Positions 18,240 to 28,216 of a stretch of DNA of 64,000 nt are shown one piece after another; position 1 is the stretch's first letter; every line of letters begins with the position of its first letter. Made by a program: the position numbers and the translations under genes. This stretch comes from Bacteriovorax sp. (GTDB lineage: Bacteria > Bdellovibrionota > Bacteriovoracia > Bacteriovoracales > Bacteriovoracaceae). The notes under the pieces were generated by a model. That model worked only from the letters and a program-made list of their open reading frames with translations, ran no database searches and was not told the DNA's origin. Where the stretch lies: assembly GCA_040376855.1 (NCBI GenBank), contig JBEIPV010000002.1, positions 666 through 64,665 of the forward strand, in the 5' to 3' direction.

Positions 18240-18694
18240 TGGTTCACCTTCGACTTGCCTTGCGTGTATTGGTCGTAAAGTCTTGCCCAATAATAAAGGT
18301 CATTGATATCAAGCTCCAGTCCATCAAAAAACTTTGAGTACTCTTCTTCAAAACATTCATTTTTTTTATCTGATAAATAGGCCGACATGATAAAGCCATC
18401 GTAAGGCCCAACAGTGACCAGGTTCCAGTCGTTGTCGCCATAAAGTACGAAGTCTTTTCCATCGCTGGATGTCTCTTTCATAATTTTAACAGGATGGTTG
18501 CAACTGATGGTTGTCATAACCTGAGAAAAACGAGACGCATTCTGGTGAACGTTCCCCATCATCTGGTTAAAGTACTTCACTCCGATCAGCGTTTTTTTCA
18601 TCGCAGGTGCCGCTACCGGAGCAGTGGCAGGAGTGGTTTGAGCAAAAAGATTAAAACTAAAAATAAGCATCATGCTTAAAATTATTTTAGACAT
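18236..18694 (-). CDS. Secreted SH3b-domain protein
   Basis: Signal peptide; NVHQNASRFSQVMTTI...VKI...DWNLVTVGPYDGFIMSAYLS fits the SH3b pattern. Confidence 0.7.
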   Translation of the reverse strand: MSKIILSMMLIFSFNLFAQTTPATAPVAAPAMKKTLIGVKYFNQMMGNVHQNASRFSQVMTTISCNHPVKIMKETSSDGKDFVLYGDNDWNLVTVGPYDGFIMSAYLSDKKNECFEEEYSKFFDGLELDINDLYYWARLYDQYTQGKSKVNQ

Positions 18695-19926
18695 TATACC
18701 TTCCATCTAAACTGAATGGTCTCCCACTCATGACATTGTGGACAACGCCAGAATAAACTATCCGAGTTATATCCGCATTGGCGGCAATAGTGTTTTGCCA
18801 GTGTCTGATGAAGGTTAACTAACAGACCTTTTGTCTGCTCAAGCGCTTCATCTTTCTTTTGTAGTTCAATTAATAACTTGATGTATTCGACTTTCATAAC
18901 TTCAGATGAATTTTTATTATTATCCATCCAGCCTTTTAAAATCTCGAAAGCCTCTCCGCTCATTCCCTGATCTTTTAAAAGACGAACTTTTGAAAGAATC
19001 ACTGAAGCTGAGTTAATCAGGTCTTTGTCATCCAATTCCAGGAAGTATTTTCTTAGAATTTCCAGGCGAGCCTGATAAGTCTTTTTTAGCTCTTCATTGT
19101 TCGTTTTAAAATCTTCTGCAATTGAGACGAAAATAAAAGACGCATACATTGGATGCTCTTTTAAAATTTCTAAAAGTAAAAACTTTCCTTGGTCCAGATC
19201 GCCACTTACTAAAAACAATTTCAGTCTTAAAATCTTAGCTGATACAGATGGTGCAAATCTAAAAGCGTCTTCCAGGTCTTCTTCACATTTCTTAAAGTCA
19301 CCTTTTTCAAAATGTTGTTTCGCTTTTTGAACCAAAATATGAGAAATCGTTTCGGCCTGATTCTGCTGCCCTACTTTTGAAAGCATAATGCGGCAGTTGT
19401 AAGCTTGATCCCAGTCTTCTGTGTCTTCGTAAATTCGACAAAGGGCCTGGATCACTTCAGTTTGATCGCGGTTAATTTTTAAAACATCGCGGTAAGTTTC
19501 AATCGCTTTATCAACGAATCCACCTTTATCAAAATCTATCGCCAGCTCTTTTAAAGCACGAAGGCGGTGTGATTCAGAAATGCTTTCTCTGGCAATCAAT
19601 GATCTGTGGATACTGATGGCCTTTTCAATTTCCCCGTTACTTCTAAATAGTCCACCAAGTGCAAAGTATGTTTCAATCGTTTCGCGGTTGATATCTACGG
19701 CACTTAGGAATTCTTTAATCGCCAAGTCTTTGTTTCCGGAAATCAGGTATTGAGTGGCATTTAAAAAGATTTTTGACTGAGCTTCAAAAATAGAATTTCT
19801 ATAACGTTTAGAAAGTTTTGCTCCCGTCTCTTTTTCTATCAGGTAATGATAGACCAGCACGATCGTAATTAAGATCGCAACCACTGCCAGTAAATGTTCT
19901 TGTATCCAAGGGAGAACTGATTCCAT
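18694..19926 (-). CDS. lapB: LPS assembly protein B-like (TM, TPRs, rubredoxin)
   Basis: ALGGLFRSNGEIEKAISIH TPRs; C-terminal YCRQCG..WRCPQCHEWET. Confidence 0.88.
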   Translation of the reverse strand: MESVLPWIQEHLLAVVAILITIVLVYHYLIEKETGAKLSKRYRNSIFEAQSKIFLNATQYLISGNKDLAIKEFLSAVDINRETIETYFALGGLFRSNGEIEKAISIHRSLIARESISESHRLRALKELAIDFDKGGFVDKAIETYRDVLKINRDQTEVIQALCRIYEDTEDWDQAYNCRIMLSKVGQQNQAETISHILVQKAKQHFEKGDFKKCEEDLEDAFRFAPSVSAKILRLKLFLVSGDLDQGKFLLLEILKEHPMYASFIFVSIAEDFKTNNEELKKTYQARLEILRKYFLELDDKDLINSASVILSKVRLLKDQGMSGEAFEILKGWMDNNKNSSEVMKVEYIKLLIELQKKDEALEQTKGLLVNLHQTLAKHYCRQCGYNSDSLFWRCPQCHEWETIQFRWKV

Positions 19927-19940
19927 TAAACTCTCTATTT

Positions 19941-20858
19941 TTATTTAAACATTAAGCGCGGCTTTGTATTGGCCATTTCTGCTAATGAATTAAAATTTAA
20001 ATTACTAACGCTTTCTTCAAGTGAACCCATAATATCTAAAAAGCCCATCTTTCTTTTCTTTTCAAGAAATTTTAAAGCAAACTCATCTTTTAACTTCAGG
20101 TCTTTGTGAATTTGTCTTCCCGCTGTCCATAAACTTCCCATGGCATCAACCAGGCCTGCTTCCATTGCACTTTCGCCTGAGAAGATTTGTCCCTGAGCAA
20201 GCTCATTGATGTCACCTTTAATAACTTTCGCTCTTCTCTTCATGATGTCACCGATGAATTGCTTATGAACACCAGCAATCAAACTATCCATCATATCTTT
20301 TTCTTCTTGAGTTAAAGAACGTGCCGGATTCCCTGCATCTTTGTAGCGACCAGCTTTCACTGTCTGAGGAGAAACTTTTGCGAACTCATACAACTTAGAT
20401 AAATCCATGAACTCCATGATGACCCCAATTGATCCTGTCAGTGTTCCTGGGTTGGCCCAAATTTTTCTTGTAGCTGCACCAATATAATATCCACCACTCG
20501 CAGCGATTGATCCAAACGATGCGTAGATTGGTTTGGTTTGATCGATACGCTGAATTTCTTCATAAATTTCCTGAGTCGGACCTACGGCCCCACCGGGAGA
20601 ATCAATTCTTAAAATAATGGCCTGAAGTTGTTTATCTTCTTCAGCAGTTTGAAGCATCTCGATAGTCTCTTTAGAGTCCATGATCGCGCCTTCAATGGTG
20701 ATAACACCAATGTGTGCTTTATTAGATTTCTTTTGAACTAATGATGTCTCGTTAAATGCATTCATTGTGACATAAGCAAAGACAACTAGAATGACGAAGA
20801 AAACGAAAACCATGGCAAATATGCCAAACAAGGCCTTGGTATTTTTAGAAGACGTCAC
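19941..20858 (-). CDS. sppA: Signal peptide peptidase SppA (36K type, S49)
   Basis: LRIDSPGG, AASGGYYI, TLTGSIGVI, KAGRYKD. Confidence 0.95.
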   Translation of the reverse strand: MTSSKNTKALFGIFAMVFVFFVILVVFAYVTMNAFNETSLVQKKSNKAHIGVITIEGAIMDSKETIEMLQTAEEDKQLQAIILRIDSPGGAVGPTQEIYEEIQRIDQTKPIYASFGSIAASGGYYIGAATRKIWANPGTLTGSIGVIMEFMDLSKLYEFAKVSPQTVKAGRYKDAGNPARSLTQEEKDMMDSLIAGVHKQFIGDIMKRRAKVIKGDINELAQGQIFSGESAMEAGLVDAMGSLWTAGRQIHKDLKLKDEFALKFLEKKRKMGFLDIMGSLEESVSNLNFNSLAEMANTKPRLMFK

Positions 20859-20927
20859 AAAAACTCCATTTTTTGATCAAACCCATTAAATTATTCAACT
20901 CTATAGTCTCAAAAACAAAGGGCTACG

Positions 20928-21005
20928 TAAACAAACTTTCAAAAAGTCCGACAAAAGACCTCAAGTTCTAAACACATTCATCCGATCAATAGAAAGATCC
21001 GATAA
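20928..21005 (+). promoter_or_regulatory. Tandem sigma28 (FliA)-like promoters
   Basis: TAAA-N15-TCCGACAA (20928-20954), TCAA-N16-TCCGATCA (20961-20988) and a third TCCGATAA (20998-21005). Confidence 0.55.
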
Positions 21006-21026
21006 GCTGGGTCACAGGAGTATGTT

Positions 21027-21359
21027 ATGAAGAAAAAAATTGTTTCGCTCTCTCTTCTGACTCTAGGAGTTTGTTCGCTGGCCTTTGCAGCGGAATACAA
21101 AACCCCAGAGGTTGGTTTTAAGCAGCATGCGGCACCATCCAAAGAAATGAAAACTGCGGATTTTGGTGAGCACTACAAAGTGGAAATGGGAGTGGAGACG
21201 ACAAGGCAGATTGCTTCGGAAGAAGAAGTCGAGTCTGATCGTGAGCCTTCTTCGGTAGCTGCAAAAGCTAAGAAGAAATTCGTTCCAACACCAGAGGTTA
21301 AGGAAGCTCCAGCAGAAGTTCCACAACCATGGCTTTACAGGACCGAAAACGGTAAGTAA
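21027..21359 (+). CDS. Small secreted hypothetical protein
   Basis: CAGGAG RBS, signal peptide ending SLAFA, low-complexity mature part. Confidence 0.85.
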   Translation: MKKKIVSLSLLTLGVCSLAFAAEYKTPEVGFKQHAAPSKEMKTADFGEHYKVEMGVETTRQIASEEEVESDREPSSVAAKAKKKFVPTPEVKEAPAEVPQPWLYRTENGK

Positions 21360-21363
21360 AAAA

Positions 21364-22482
21364 TTATTGTTTTGAAAACTGCATCTCGAAGGCCTTCGAT
21401 TTATCGATGTCCCAGAGATTCAGTTTTTCATATTCACTTTTTAACTGACCGCAGGCCGCCAGGATGTCTCCACCCTTCGTCGTTCTAGTCGTACAGACGA
21501 ATCCGCGTTTTAAAAGTGACTCTTGAAACCAGATGATTTTCGAGTTGCTTGGACGTTTGAACTTCGAATCCGGAAAATCATTGTATGGAATGATGTTAAT
21601 CTTTGATTTGCTCTTTTCTAAAAGATCACAAAGTCCGTCGATGTCTTCCTGGCGATCGTTCAGATCAGCAATCAGAATGTATTCGTACGTGATTCTTCTA
21701 TAAGCTTTTAGAGGAACTTTCTTAATAGCATTGAAAAGTCTTTCAAGATCATAAGCTTTGTTAATCGGCATTAACTCAGTTCGGATATCGTTGTGAGCAG
21801 CGTGCAGAGAAATAGCGATATTGACCGGCGGGAAGTCCCACATTTTTTCAATTTGAGGAACAAGTCCTGACGTTGAAAGTGTGATCTTTCTTTGAGAAAG
21901 ACCCAGACCTTTATCTTCCATAAAAATGATCGTTGCTGAACGAACGTTATCATAATTATGAAGAGGTTCACCCTGCCCCATGAAAACGATGTTTGAAAGT
22001 CGCTCACTTTCTGGTGCATTTTCTTTTAGCCAGTGAGAGATGGCCATGAACTGACCTACGATTTCGTCAGCTAGTAAGTTTCTTTTTAATCCCATTGTTC
22101 CCGTGTGACAGAATGTACATCCAATCGCACACCCAACCTGAGAAGAGATACACAGAGTCAGACGATCCTTTGCCGGTATCGCTACTGTCTCAACCGTTTG
22201 TCCGTCACGCATCTTAACTAAGAACTTTCTCGTCCCATCTTTTGAAAGTCCATGCCAGATAACTGTCGGTAAACTTAAATCAAAGTTATTTTCAAAGTCC
22301 TCGCGGATCTTCTTAGAGATATTCGTCCATTTAGAAAGATCCCTTTCTTGGATTTTGTACATCCATTGGTAGACCTGATCGGCCGCGAACTTTGCCAACC
22401 CCTGAGAAGACAGGTAGTCGCGAAGCTCGTTAAGAGACAGGGCGTATAAAGACGGTTTTTCTAGTTTTAGATTGATACTCAT
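21364..22482 (-). CDS. rlmN: 23S rRNA/tRNA m2A radical SAM methyltransferase RlmN
   Basis: CISSQVGCAIGCTFCHTG, VFMGQGEP, DILAACGQL. Confidence 0.97.
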   Translation of the reverse strand: MSINLKLEKPSLYALSLNELRDYLSSQGLAKFAADQVYQWMYKIQERDLSKWTNISKKIREDFENNFDLSLPTVIWHGLSKDGTRKFLVKMRDGQTVETVAIPAKDRLTLCISSQVGCAIGCTFCHTGTMGLKRNLLADEIVGQFMAISHWLKENAPESERLSNIVFMGQGEPLHNYDNVRSATIIFMEDKGLGLSQRKITLSTSGLVPQIEKMWDFPPVNIAISLHAAHNDIRTELMPINKAYDLERLFNAIKKVPLKAYRRITYEYILIADLNDRQEDIDGLCDLLEKSKSKINIIPYNDFPDSKFKRPSNSKIIWFQESLLKRGFVCTTRTTKGGDILAACGQLKSEYEKLNLWDIDKSKAFEMQFSKQ

Positions 22483-22580
22483 ATGAGGACGCTTATAGCA
22501 AAGTTTAAGGATAATGGCGATAGAAAGTAATTTTTACAATTACCTTTTTACAAAACAAAAACCGAGCTATACGCTTAGTT

Positions 22581-23528
22581 ATGAAAAATTTATCCTTATC
22601 ATTTTTAGCACTTACGCTGTTATTGTCCCTTAAGCCGGCCCATGGTTATGATCATCCATCGGAGAGCGACTTATCAGTTGATAAATATGAGATTACTTCT
22701 CCGATACCTGAAGACACAGATGTGCTTCTTTCTTTTGGTAAAGCGAGTAAAAAACAACTGCCTCCTAGGAAGTGGAGCTTCCTTGTTTGGAATCTGCATA
22801 AAGGTGCTGATGAGACATTTCAACCTGAGTACCTGGCCCTGACTTTAGGCCGCGATATCATCATGAATCAGGAAATTTTCCTGGATAAAAACATGAAAGA
22901 CGCTTTCCGCTTTTTACCATTTCATGCATTTGAAACCGGGACTTCATTTTTTTCAGGCAAAGAAAAAATCCGCACTGGAGTTGCTAACATCAGTCCAGTG
23001 GCCCCGGTTATGACTCAATTTGTGAGAACACTTAACCTTGAGCCGATTGTGGCCACGCCAAAATTAACATTGATTACAAGTTACCCGATTCGCTTTTCCA
23101 GAAAAAAATTAACCGTAGTGAATATTCACGGAATCAACTTTGTTTCAACATATGTTTTTCGCGCAGAACTTGAGCGAATTTATCGCCAGATTAAAGACAT
23201 CCCTAGCCCACTGGTTTTTGCAGGGGACTTCAATACGTGGAATCTTGAGCGATTGAGTATATTAAGGCAGTACGCTCAGAAGTTAAAACTGACTGAAGCT
23301 CGTTTTCTTCCGGATAATCGTTTAACTTTTAACGGAAATCCGCTGGATCACTTCCTTCATACTAGTGATTTAAAAGTGACAAAAGCTCGTGCCGATATCC
23401 ATTACAGAGGATCAGATCACAAACCTCTGACTGTTGAAGTCGAATACACTCGTTCGAAAGATGACAATGAGACAACGGGGCCTGAATCAGATTTAAAAGT
23501 TGAAGAAGACGCTCAGTCTTTTCAATAA
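22581..23528 (+). CDS. Secreted endonuclease/exonuclease/phosphatase family protein (YafD-like)
   Basis: Signal peptide, VWNLHK, QE, NIHGINF, AGDFNTW, LDH, SDHKPL. Confidence 0.9.
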   Translation: MKNLSLSFLALTLLLSLKPAHGYDHPSESDLSVDKYEITSPIPEDTDVLLSFGKASKKQLPPRKWSFLVWNLHKGADETFQPEYLALTLGRDIIMNQEIFLDKNMKDAFRFLPFHAFETGTSFFSGKEKIRTGVANISPVAPVMTQFVRTLNLEPIVATPKLTLITSYPIRFSRKKLTVVNIHGINFVSTYVFRAELERIYRQIKDIPSPLVFAGDFNTWNLERLSILRQYAQKLKLTEARFLPDNRLTFNGNPLDHFLHTSDLKVTKARADIHYRGSDHKPLTVEVEYTRSKDDNETTGPESDLKVEEDAQSFQ

Positions 23529-23634
23529 ATAAAATCAGGCAACATTTTCCAGCACTCTCTAAAGATCAGTAAATCCCGTAAAATAAAGCATGTTATAGTT
23601 TATTTAATAGGTATGCATCTTGGGGGAGTTTCGC

Positions 23635-24783
23635 TTGAAAAATAAAACAATGCTAAAAATAGTATTCTTATCAATGGTCTTGTCATCATGTGGACTCATT
23701 GAAAGATTCAAAACGCCTGAACAACCTACAGATTCAAAAGATGCAACTGCCGATACTTCCAACTCATCAGTTGAAGCAGATTCTACTGACGATTTATTCA
23801 GCAAAACAATGGATGAAACAAGCAATCCATCTGCTACAGATAATCCAAGCAACATCTCTTCAGATGATCCAGAATTAAAATCTCTGCAAGAAGAGTTCGC
23901 TCCAATGGAAGTTGAAAAGCAAGAATCACAAATTGCAGTGACTCCTAATACAAATGACCGCTCTCAAGAAGCTCCAGTTCTAGTTGAAGAAGCTCTTCCA
24001 GAAATTAAAACTGAAGTTGAGCCAGCAACTTACTCTGAGTCAGGACAAATTAAGACTTACAAAGTGCAAAGAGGTGAAACTCTTATGCAGATTGCTTTCA
24101 AACTTTACGGTGATATTTCGAAGTGGAAAGAAATCAAAAACATGAACCCGTTAATGAACAACTCTTCACTTCAGGCCAACACGCAATTAAAGTACCGTGC
24201 ACCTGCTTCTCCATTTGTTTGGAATCCAGCTGGAACTCCATACATGATCAAGACTGGTGAAACTCTTGGAACAATTTCAAACACAGTCTACTCGACTCCA
24301 AAAAAGTGGAAAGATATCTGGGAAAACAATAAGCCGATGATTAAAAATCCAAACGTGATTTATGCAGGATTCACTCTGTATTACACGAATGGTGGAATGG
24401 CGAACTTCGTTCAGCCAAAAGCTGCTCAACCGACAAAAGAAATTTTCGCTCGTGAACTAGCTCGCGATGCTGCTGCAAAAGAAGGCATCGTTGAAGAGGT
24501 TTTAGTTGAAGAAGCTATCGCTCCAAAAAACCTTAAATCGCCGTCATCGTCTGTAAACACTCAGACAATCATTGATTCTCAAACACTGAACCCTAATGAT
24601 GAAACGCAAGTTGATGAAGCGATCCAGACTCTTTCAGCAACAAAAAGAGAGCAAGTTGCTAAAGCGGTTCTAAAAACAACAGTAGCACCAGAAAATTCAG
24701 AATTAGATTTAATTAATAATATCTCGGTACCACATGAACAAGAAATGGCACCGGATATCGACGAAGAAATTCAAACATTATAA
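23635..24783 (+). CDS. Lipoprotein with two LysM domains
   Basis: Lipobox LSSC; YKVQRGETLMQIA..YG...W..I and YMIKTGETLGTIS...NPNVIYAG; TTG start after GGGGGAG (ATG 23650 is an alternative). Confidence 0.88.
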   Translation: MKNKTMLKIVFLSMVLSSCGLIERFKTPEQPTDSKDATADTSNSSVEADSTDDLFSKTMDETSNPSATDNPSNISSDDPELKSLQEEFAPMEVEKQESQIAVTPNTNDRSQEAPVLVEEALPEIKTEVEPATYSESGQIKTYKVQRGETLMQIAFKLYGDISKWKEIKNMNPLMNNSSLQANTQLKYRAPASPFVWNPAGTPYMIKTGETLGTISNTVYSTPKKWKDIWENNKPMIKNPNVIYAGFTLYYTNGGMANFVQPKAAQPTKEIFARELARDAAAKEGIVEEVLVEEAIAPKNLKSPSSSVNTQTIIDSQTLNPNDETQVDEAIQTLSATKREQVAKAVLKTTVAPENSELDLINNISVPHEQEMAPDIDEEIQTL

Positions 24784-24785
24784 CC

Positions 24786-24819
24786 AAAAAAAGCCCCACT
24801 CTAAGTGGGGCTTTTTTTT
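24786..24819. terminator. Bidirectional Rho-independent terminator
   Basis: A7-GCCCCACT-CTA-AGTGGGGC-T8 between convergent genes. Confidence 0.9.
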
Positions 24820-24828
24820 GTCTTCTAT

Positions 24829-25251
24829 TTAACCTTTAAAAAATCTGCTTAAAAAGCCTTTCTGCTTCCTTTCGATATTTTCCATGACATTGCCTTTTTC
24901 CAGTAGATCTCGGTGAAAATCCGAGGCCAGTTGACTGTACTCCAGCAGCGAATTGTACTCTTGAACCGACAATAAACTGATCTTGGCCGCATTCAACTCT
25001 TCACAAAGAGCAAACGCGTATTGATTTAATTTTTCCAATGAAACGAAAGGCCCGATGGTATTAAATGGAGTCTTTAGTCCCACAATTTCTTCTGAAGTGT
25101 AGCGCTCTGTAAAAATTTGCAGGGCCACTTCTCTCTCTAAAATCCCTTTTTCATCCAGTAAATAAAGCAGGTAGTAATAAGACTCCTGTCCATCTTCGGG
25201 AAACGGGTTAAAGAAATTATAAACGCCAACAATGTACTCTATTTCTTTCAT
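24829..25251 (-). CDS. Hypothetical protein with MinD-like C-terminal amphipathic helix
   Basis: 140-aa ORF with ATGA overlap to the upstream gene; ends KQKGFLSRFFKG. Confidence 0.8.
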   Translation of the reverse strand: MKEIEYIVGVYNFFNPFPEDGQESYYYLLYLLDEKGILEREVALQIFTERYTSEEIVGLKTPFNTIGPFVSLEKLNQYAFALCEELNAAKISLLSVQEYNSLLEYSQLASDFHRDLLEKGNVMENIERKQKGFLSRFFKG

Positions 25252-26981
25252 GAGAAAACTCCAAAATCGACAATAACTGAGCCTTCCGGAGACAGTTCAA
25301 TTTCAATTTCGTTAGGAAAAGTCTGAACAATAACGTTAATTTCATCGAGTACTTTATAAACGACAAAATTCTTCGTTAAGTTCATCTTAATCTTTTTTCT
25401 ATAGCTGGTTGGGTTGTAAAGACTTAAACGTCTCACCTCTTCAAACTTCAATTCATTGGTCGATGATGGTCTGGTTCTCCAATAGAAATCCAGTCCTTCA
25501 ACGTTTTGAATCGGCACGTGAACAAGTGAGAAAGTTTCAACCAGGGTTTTCCAGAAATCGAAATACTCTTGCTTTGAAAGCTCTTTAAAGCCTTCACCTT
25601 CGATCAGAACCAGACGTCCTTCACCAAGGGCAATATTTTGAATTTGAGTTTGAAAGTGAACCTTTTCAACATTCAGGTTATTTTCTAAAAAGAATGTCTC
25701 AAATCTTTGATTGAACTCATCAGACAGACCTGAGCGGTTTAAAATCACTCGCCCGCCATTCATGAAAGTCTTCAAAATAAAGTTAAAAATCGTACGGTCC
25801 ACATCGTGGCCATGGAAAAGTAAAATATTTTCCTGATACGGATTTTTATTTTCATGAAGCTTTAAAGTATCACTGTGAATAACTTTATAACTCCAACCAA
25901 AACTTGCCTTCAGGTATTCCCATAAATTTAAGTCTGCCCAGCTTTGAAATAGTGAGCTCACGCCATCAATTCTTTCAAAAACTTTGAAAAATGACAGTGG
26001 CTGGAATGAAGTAATATCTTCGTGGTCATAAGCTGTACTTGCCAGACGAGATGGCAAATAAGAATTGGCAACCAGATCGTTTAATTCTCTCGTCAACACA
26101 CCTTTTTTCAGGCGGTGAGATAGAAGAACTGACGAGGGGATAATATCTTTTGCCAGAGCTTCGTAAAGCTCGGCCGAATAATCTGCCGTTAAAATTGTGC
26201 CATACAAACGTTTTAAAAAGTTCTCAGTTCCCGCTCCTAAAAACGCGACATCGAGACTTCCTTCAAAGTTGTCTCTGATAGATTCACGAGCGTTAGTCTC
26301 GTATAGATTTTGAATTGTTTTATTAAACTCAAAAGCATACTGACGTTCTTCAATTGGGGATAAGACTGTGTCTTCAGATTTTTTTGTCTGTAAAAAACGT
26401 GAGAAGGCCTGTTCGAAAGTTTTTGAAGAGTCTTCAATGAAACTTCTGTACTGCCCGTCTTTGAAATAACCTGAACGGATACCCCAAACGTCAGAAGAAA
26501 TTTTATTTACTGAAAAATATTGACCTAATTTTTTTACAAAACGATCAAAAGCTTCAAAAACTCTCGGATCAAAAAAAGAATAAATTTTAACTAAATGATC
26601 ATCAGCATCAATAATCCCGTAGGCCATTTGCTCATGATTCAACGCCACGCTCCTCGCAAGTAAATGCGGCAATCCCCCATTGGGAAGAAACGGTGCTGGC
26701 GTCAGAGGAAGAAAGAACACAACGTTTTTTCCAACTTCTGTCGCAATTTCAACTAACTTTTTTAAATTTGTCTCAGGTCTGTGGTCATCAAAGTCAAATT
26801 GGTCACCCGTTTCGCTGTGAAAAGACCAGTTAAGGGGAATAATGATTTTTGTTCCAGGAAACTCCTGTAATTTTGTTTTCCATAGCGATGCAGACGTTTT
26901 CCAATAGAAAAACCAATTTTCTCCGGGAAAAACTATATCTTGGTCACGTGGAACGGGGGTCGTGAGACTCACTACTAACAC
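25248..26981 (-). CDS. Hypothetical protein with GH35/GH42 beta-galactosidase-like N-terminus (degenerate)
   Basis: PLNWSFHSETGDQFDFD..NLKKLVEIATEVG..VVF..P...GGLPHLL resembles the GH35 N-terminal motif. Confidence 0.7.
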   Translation of the reverse strand: MLVVSLTTPVPRDQDIVFPGENWFFYWKTSASLWKTKLQEFPGTKIIIPLNWSFHSETGDQFDFDDHRPETNLKKLVEIATEVGKNVVFFLPLTPAPFLPNGGLPHLLARSVALNHEQMAYGIIDADDHLVKIYSFFDPRVFEAFDRFVKKLGQYFSVNKISSDVWGIRSGYFKDGQYRSFIEDSSKTFEQAFSRFLQTKKSEDTVLSPIEERQYAFEFNKTIQNLYETNARESIRDNFEGSLDVAFLGAGTENFLKRLYGTILTADYSAELYEALAKDIIPSSVLLSHRLKKGVLTRELNDLVANSYLPSRLASTAYDHEDITSFQPLSFFKVFERIDGVSSLFQSWADLNLWEYLKASFGWSYKVIHSDTLKLHENKNPYQENILLFHGHDVDRTIFNFILKTFMNGGRVILNRSGLSDEFNQRFETFFLENNLNVEKVHFQTQIQNIALGEGRLVLIEGEGFKELSKQEYFDFWKTLVETFSLVHVPIQNVEGLDFYWRTRPSSTNELKFEEVRRLSLYNPTSYRKKIKMNLTKNFVVYKVLDEINVIVQTFPNEIEIELSPEGSVIVDFGVFS

Positions 26982-27069
26982 CTCATGTCTTACAGTGTTC
27001 AGAGAAATTTGCTATAAATCTCTTCACTTATATTTTTAAAATTATACTCAACAAAAAGGTGGTTGTGCA

Positions 27070-28206
27070 ATGTGGTTTTTCAGTGCTGAAGAAAAAGAGC
27101 TCCAGAAGGTATGTAGAGATTTTGCTCAGAAAGAGCTAGCCCCTTTCGCAGAAAAACATGATCACGATGAAACTTTCAACATCAACGCTTTCAAAAAAAT
27201 GGGAGAGCTTGGTTTATTAGGAATCACTGCAGATCCTAAGTACGGTGGAGCAGGCCTTGGTGCCGTAGCTGCGACAATTGTTATGGAAGAATTTGGTAAA
27301 GCTTGTGCTGGTTCAACTCTTTCGTATCTTGCTCACGCTATTTTATGTGTAAACAACATTCAAAACAATGCTTCTGAAGAACAAAAAGAAAAATACCTTC
27401 CAAAACTTATTACGGGTGAATGGATTGGGTGTATGGGAATGAGTGAACCAGAATTTGGTTCAGACGCTGTTGGTATCCAGACTAAAGCTAAAAAAGATGG
27501 CGACGGTTACGTGATCAACGGAACAAAAATGTGGATCACAAACGCTCACTACGCGGACGTGGCTTACGTTTACACTCGTACAGGTGAAGACAGAAAGAAC
27601 CTTTCTACGTTTATCGTTGAAAAAGGAACTCCAGGCTTCCACGCAGGTAAGCCAATCCATAAAATGGGAATGAGATCATCTCCTACTGGTGAACTAGTTT
27701 TTGATAACGCTAAAGTTCCAGCCTCTGCTCTGGTTGGTAAAGAAGGCGAATCAATTTATCACATGATGAAAAACCTTGATATCGAACGTATCACAATCGC
27801 TGGTATCTCACTTGGGATTGCTCAAGCGTGTGTTGATCAATGTGTGAAGTATTCAATGGAAAGAAAACAATTCGGAAAAAATATCGGAAGCTTCCAGTTA
27901 ATCCAAAAGATGATTGCTGAGATGGCGACTGAAACTGAAATGATGAGAGCTTTCTTATACCAAATCGCTAAAGCATACGACGAAGGCGACAGAGGACCAG
28001 CTCAGGCAGCTATGGTTAAACTAGCTATTCCTAAGATGACGACGAAGATTGCACTTGATGCTATTCAGGTTCACGGTGGATACGGATACTCTCGCGAGTT
28101 CCCTCTTGAGCGCATGATGAGAGATAACAAGCTTAACGAAATTGGCGCTGGGACTAACGAGATCATGATTACGATCATCGCAAAACATTTACTTAAAGAT
28201 AAATAG
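27070..28206 (+). CDS. Acyl-CoA dehydrogenase, isovaleryl-CoA dehydrogenase-like
   Basis: GMSEPEFGSD, NGTKMWITN, LDIER and EIGAGTNEI (IVD-type catalytic arrangement). Confidence 0.92.
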   Translation: MWFFSAEEKELQKVCRDFAQKELAPFAEKHDHDETFNINAFKKMGELGLLGITADPKYGGAGLGAVAATIVMEEFGKACAGSTLSYLAHAILCVNNIQNNASEEQKEKYLPKLITGEWIGCMGMSEPEFGSDAVGIQTKAKKDGDGYVINGTKMWITNAHYADVAYVYTRTGEDRKNLSTFIVEKGTPGFHAGKPIHKMGMRSSPTGELVFDNAKVPASALVGKEGESIYHMMKNLDIERITIAGISLGIAQACVDQCVKYSMERKQFGKNIGSFQLIQKMIAEMATETEMMRAFLYQIAKAYDEGDRGPAQAAMVKLAIPKMTTKIALDAIQVHGGYGYSREFPLERMMRDNKLNEIGAGTNEIMITIIAKHLLKDK

Positions 28207-28216
28207 GCGAATAACT

